A stretch of 63,254 nt of DNA, counting the filler, from Fonticula-like sp. SCN 57-25 (Eukaryota): NCBI GenBank assembly GCA_001724245.1. It is 10 parts of 10 records of this genome, joined end to end, with 100 filler letters (N's around TTAATTAATTAA, not from the genome) between each part and the next. Parts side by side here need not be neighbours in the genome. Positions count along the whole stretch, not along the records: positions 57,625 to 63,254 come from MEDX01000539.1; 9 more parts are not named here. The stretch is one strand, 5' to 3'. Positions 57,856 through 63,254 of the stretch are shown piece after piece. Both the position numbers and the translations under genes were made by a program. The notes under the pieces were generated by a model that made no database searches, was not told where the DNA came from, and worked only from the letters and a program-made list of their open reading frames with translations. Positions within the stretch are counted from its first letter, which is position 1, and every line of letters begins with the position of its first letter.

Positions 57856-60800
57856 ATGAGCTCGAGCTGGGAGCAAGCTTGCCTTAAGCTGCTTGACCAC
57901 CTCGAGTCGAATGCGGGCCACACGTCGGAAAAGGTGTGTTTTACTTTGTTGATTGCATTGAACGTCGAAAATTCACATGACTAGGTCAATGTGCTGCTCC
58001 GTACGCTAATTGCGGCCCACGAGCAAGATGCGCAGGAGACGAACCGCCAGCACCAGGCGTTGGAAGATCGTTTCAATGTTGTGGAATCGGAGAGGCTTGC
58101 TCAGATTGCGGAAATGAAGCAGCAACTTGCGGATGAAAACGCTCTTCGGGTGCGCACCGCTGGGGAGTTTGAACACAAGACCAAGCAGCTGCGCGAATGG
58201 ATTTCCACAAAGATCAGCCATTTCGAGCAGCGCAGCATCAGCGAAGCACAGCTGTTGGCAGCGTCCCAGCAGGAGGCGACCAAAGCCCTTGCCGGTGCGC
58301 CGCATAACCTTGTCACCTCCGTCGCCGCGCGTTGTACTTACGAAGCGGTAGATTTGCGGGCGCTGACGGACGAGCGCGATCGACTCAGCGCATCGCTGCG
58401 TACGCAAGAGGCGCGCGTCGCCGAGCTGGAAGCGCTGCGCGGGTCTGCTTCGGCGCCCAAGGCCCCGACTGGTCTCCCGCTCCCGCCTGCGCTGCTGCGT
58501 GCTGCGTCGACGGCAGCCTTGCCGCCGGCCTTGACCAAACCGCCGGCCGCGATCGCGCCCACCAACATGTCGACGATTCACCAGCTCACGGCCGACGTTA
58601 ACATTCTGCGCCACGAGCGCGACATGCTAAAGGACGAGTTGAAGAAGGCCAAGGAGCAGATCGGCTGGCAAGCCGAGGAGATTGAGCAGCTGCGCACTGC
58701 TCTCCTGACGGTACCGACGGACGGTGGCGAGCCGCCGGCAAGCGTTGGGGCTCATTTGCCCTCCTCGGGCTCTGGGTCGTCCGTTTTGGACAGCAACGGA
58801 TCGGCGGTGGACCGCCCGATTAAAAAGGGCGCGCACATGGTGCGCCCTTCGTCGACGAGCGTGATGGTGCATCCGGCCGCCAAGAAGAAGGACAAGAAGG
58901 CTAGCCGCGCCAGTAAGACCGTCAGCGTCTACAATGTGAACATGGCTCGCCAGCCCGTGTTGGAGCGTAGCGGCTACCTGTATAAGCAGGGTGGCAGCGT
59001 CAAGTCGTGGAAGAAGCGCTTTTTTGTCCTCAAGAATAGTAGCCTCTACTACTACAAGACGGAGGAGGACAGCCGCGAGAGCGAAGCTCTCGGCTGCATC
59101 TCGCTCCGCGGAATGGTGAAGGTGTCCAATGGTGTTCAAATGGACACCGACCCGAAACCCAACATGATTTCGATCACGACGCTCACCCGCGTCTACTACC
59201 TCAGCGCGAGCAAGGAAGAGATTATGAATGAGTGGTACGATGCCATCTCGGATTCGATCAAGCTCGCCAGCGTCTCGCCGAGCGTCGTGCAAACCGCCAA
59301 AGAGGACGGCTCTCTTGTGCAGGGTTGGCTGGTGAAGCACAAGCGCGGACTCAGCAACTCACGCTGGGCAGTGCTCAAGCCCCGCGAGCTCCTCTTTTTC
59401 AAGACGGCTATTGTACGCAGCCCCATGCCAAAATCCTGTCGTTTGTGACACTAAATTGGCGAGTTTAGGACATTGAGCCGATTGCGCGCATCCCGCTGAA
59501 GAATGTGTATGGCGTCGAGGTCGTCAATGCAGAGGATGAATCCGACAACGAAGAGTTTGCACGCTTCTCGGACCAGCTGCTGGACTCCGACGGCTCGCAG
59601 CAGTCGCTCGACTCGCACTTTGCCATATTTGCGCACATGGAGAAAGACGGCCGCCGCATGGAGAGCGCTCATTTCCTGGAGGCCCTGACTCCAGAGGACA
59701 TGGAACGTTGGGTGTTCCACTTGAACCTCATTTGCCTCGATCGTGCAAGCAAGCTAAACGACAACGAGCGCGCCATGAAGATTCTGCTCAACGAGGCGGC
59801 GTCGGGGAACACCGAGCCCCCAGTGTCCCTGTGCTTTAGCAAAACGATCTCTGCTCCGCTCACCTCCCTCTCGTCGGACGAGCTGAGGGCCGAGGCAGTG
59901 GAGCTGTTCAAATGTACGCTGGCAACCATGCCCTTTCGCTATACTAACTCTCTGCGCGATAGCCGTCTTCATCTACTCGAGCACGGTGATTGACCCGCGC
60001 GCAGTCGACTATCACATTGCGCTTGCGCAGTTGCTCTGTCGCTCGGCGCTGAGCCGCGTGGAGCTGCGCGACGAGCTCTTTATCCAGCTTGTCAAGCAGA
60101 CAACCAAGCAGCCGTACCCCAACAGCGCGATGACGTATCAGACGTGGCAGCTGATGGCCATTCTCTGCGGCGTCTTCATCCCTGTCCGCCCGATCATCCA
60201 GCAGTATGTGACTGCGCACCTGCGTCGGTTCGCCCCGCTCGACGGCGCGGTCGGCCGGTACGCCGCGTACACCCTTCGTGTTCTTGATCATGAGCTTCGC
60301 GTCGACCCCGCTGTGCTCGGACCGCGCACCCTTCCGCCGTCGCGCACCGAGATCCTGGCCATCATGAAGCTCGAGACGCTCGCGCAGGCCACGTCCACCC
60401 CGCTTCAGATTGACGTGTTCCTCCCGTCAGGCGCGTCCGTGAGCGTGGAGCTGGCTGTCTGCGACCCAGTTCATTTCCTGCTTGACCGCGCGACTCGCAG
60501 CGCCGCCATGTCGCACCGCGTCACCAAGGCGTCCCAGTTTGCCGTCTTTGCCAACGATGGTGCTCATGCAGACATCAGCGTCCGCCTCATGCCCAGCGAG
60601 CGTCTCACCGACGTGCTCTCGCGCTTTGACGTGGAGAAGCGCACGACCAACATGAACGATGGGAGCGGCAAGGACGCCGCCCGCCGCCACGCGTCCTCTC
60701 TGCGGTTTACCGTGCAGCAGTGGCAGTTTTTGCCGGAGAGCGGAGCGTTTGCCCCTGCATTGCAGCGCGCGCGCGCCGTCAATTGCCTTCCGCTTGACAT

Positions 60801-61547
60801 GGTGGACATCCAGGACGTCGGCCCGGCATCGTCGTGGTTTAGCCCCGAGAAGGCGACGGTGTTTGAGCGTGTGATGCTCTTTTCGCTCGCGAACGATGCA
60901 ATTGTGCACAAGCGCATTCCTGTTACACAGCGCGCTGCTGCCGCTCTCGCCGCGTTGCAGGCGCAGGCAGAGTTTGGTGACTACAGGGAAGGCTCGGAGA
61001 CTGTCATCCATGCGGTGCAGCGGTACTGCCCCGAGGACCTCGTAGTTGATGATATTTCAGTTGCCACCGACGGTGCTGCGGGCCCGCTCACCCAGGCCGT
61101 CCAGACAAAGTGGGCGGCGCTCAAGGGCACTGCAGCCGCCACGTGCATTACCGCGTATCTGCACGCGATGCGGAACGCGCCGCTCTTTGGCGCGACTCTC
61201 TTTGCTGTCGAGCCTCTGTCGCCCAGTAGCGAGCTGCCCTCAAAGATGTTCCTCGCAATCTCGCACGATGGCCTTGCCGTTGTCAACAGCGATATGATGA
61301 TCACGGCCGTCTTCAAGTGGAAGAACATTGTTTCGTTTGCTGACTCGGCCGACAGCACATTCGCAATCTTCATAGACATGGCGCCCATCTCCCAGACGGC
61401 GCAGAAAATGATCTTTAAGACCCCTCGTGTACGCGTGTTTTTTACACGTTTTTGGTTAATTCTAACATTCACACACAGCCGAGACAACTGTCGTCGCTTA
61501 TGCATGCATACATCAACGCAGTTATCAAGTCCAAAATGGATTCCTAG
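57856..61547 (+). CDS. Coiled coil-PH-PH-MyTH4-FERM protein (PLEKHH/MAX-1 family)
   Basis: SGYLYKQGGSVKSWKKRFFVL (PH1), GWLVK (PH2), LRDELFIQLVKQT (MyTH4), LQAQAEFGD and PLFGATLF (FERM); 4 introns. Confidence 0.9.
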
Positions 61548-61697
61548 ACTTTCCTTACAATTTATGTGGCCTATTTCGGAGCCACGTGCCTAGTTAAAGA
61601 TTGCTCGAGTCAAGCAGCCGGTTTTAGATCTCGTTCGCATTGCATATGTTGCACGAATGGTGTAAATGTTACATTATATAGAATCAATACAACAGAA

Positions 61698-63254
61698 TTA
61701 TCGAACAAAATCTTTTCTAATGTTAATGCAGGTAGGCCAGTCGAAAGGCCCCGGTGGCCTCCGGCACATGGCCCTTCCGAATATACTACACGTGTTTGGC
61801 TGCTGCTCACCTTCCTCCTCCTTCAATTTTGATCTCCTGCGCCAGTTGAGTGGCATGAAATGCGCTTGCGTAGTGAGGACGTTCTCCGCGAGCAGCTTGT
61901 CAGACACGCCTCCCGAGTGGACGTCAAACAACATATAGAGATACTTTAGTGTTTCTGAAAGAAAGAACGACTCCATCTAAAGTTGACGCTGAGAATGAAT
62001 ATCGAAACGAGAAGTGAGCGCGCACCTTGTTTTCCTTCGTTAGCGTGAGCACGTCTGCTATTGACGCAACTCCACACTCCACCTTGCAGCTGTCGGCGGA
62101 CACGCCAAAAAAGTTATGAGCGCGCGAAAATCGAACAAACAAACGAGAGTCGTACAATTCTTCGAGTCTATCGAGAATAGTAATTCCGAGCCGAAGCCAC
62201 TTTTCGTCGCCCGTTAGTATGAACGCCTGGAGGATGCTCTCGGCCAGCTCTGGCCTGAGCGGGTAGCCCGCCTGCCCCGGGACGACACCCCCGGTCTGGA
62301 GCATCATCGCCTCGGGCTGGAACTTTACCCTGTCTAGAAGAGAGGCGTACTGCCGAAGGGACCCGAGGGCTTCGCCGGCATCCCCGAGCATGATCTGCAG
62401 GCCGGGCCAAAACATCTCTAGCGAACTGAATGACGCGCGCGACACGTCCCCCGTGTGCATGTCCACCATAAGGTACCACCCAGACGGGTGTCGCGCGTGC
62501 TGCACGATGGCCTCGTACGCGTCGAGGAAAACAAAGCCTGGAATATCATCCCCAAACAGCACAAAAGACTTGAAGAGGTACTCGTAGAAACTGTCTAGAC
62601 CGCCGCCGATGGAAGCATACGGCTCGGTCCATTCGCCCGACATCACATTGACGTGCATTCCTAAAAGGTCTATGCGGGACCGCCGCGACCAGACGTTGTC
62701 CACCGCGTCCTCGGCAAGCCTCTGCAACAGGACACACAAACCGTTAGCGGCGGCACAACGGAGTTTCGGCAACGGGAGCGTACAATATACTTTGGGTTTC
62801 CGGTCAGAACGGAGAGCATTCCAAATTCAAGCACAAGCGACGTGACGCATGCCGTGCAAGAAATGGGTACCTCGCCCTTGGGCACGCCGTGCAGCAGGTT
62901 CACCGTGTTGAACGGGATCCCAGTTGGGGTATTAAACGCCACGGCCATCCGATCCACCAGATCCCCAGCCATGCCAAGAAGCGAACCGCTGTAGGAGCTG
63001 TTCAAAATGTCGGTCGCGAGAATGTGCGCCGACACGAGCCCGCCCACCGTCCGAATGGTCGACTCGAAGAGTGACACGTTGAAGTCTTTTGAAAAAGAAA
63101 CCGACTCTTCCAATAGCGAGATGCCGCGAGCCAGCTCCGCATGGTCACCAAGCACCACAAGCATATCAAGCGAGTCTATGAGAGTCACGGCGTGGCTTCC
63201 CCACGAGTCCACTCCATCGCACGTAAGGGGCCGGAGCTCGTCGTACGGGAACGC
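61698..63254 (-). CDS. EDEM-type GH47 alpha-mannosidase, 5' part outside window
   Basis: TLIDSLD, SLFESTIR..GGL, DSFYEYL, FWPGLQ, YPLRPELAES, MESFFLSETLKYLY. Confidence 0.93.

Overview
Gene-dense, GC-rich eukaryotic DNA with short (~50-60 nt) GT-AG introns. Typical donors are GTGCGC/GTACGC, with CTRAC branch points close to the 3' splice site. The window is not contiguous: it is ten contigs (mostly ~5.6-5.7 kb) joined by an artificial 100-nt spacer, N44-TTAATTAATTAA-N44, so adjacency across spacers means nothing. Gene content mixes fungal-type genes (homocitrate synthase, YHM2, Rad7) with animal/holozoan-type genes (CEP120, GTSF1-like, PLEKHH/MAX-1, GoLoco, FAAP100). This suggests an early-branching opisthokont protist (inference only). 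I can support about 35 protein-coding genes (many cut by contig ends), a tRNA-Ala(UGC), a U4atac-like minor-spliceosome snRNA, and a complete, apparently autonomous 3150-bp hAT transposon. The transposon has 18-bp TIRs and an 8-bp TSD and interrupts one copy of a tandemly duplicated MRH-domain receptor gene. Highlights: a Hook-domain coiled-coil protein ending in a GoLoco-like motif; homocitrate synthase fused to the LKR/SDH interdomain; a PHD-Rad7 fusion; a miniature CEP120; a GTSF1-like double-CHHC protein; the U4atac snRNA; and a recurrent GCAAACT element in the very short bidirectional promoters. All family assignments come from recalled motifs read by eye, not from database searches.
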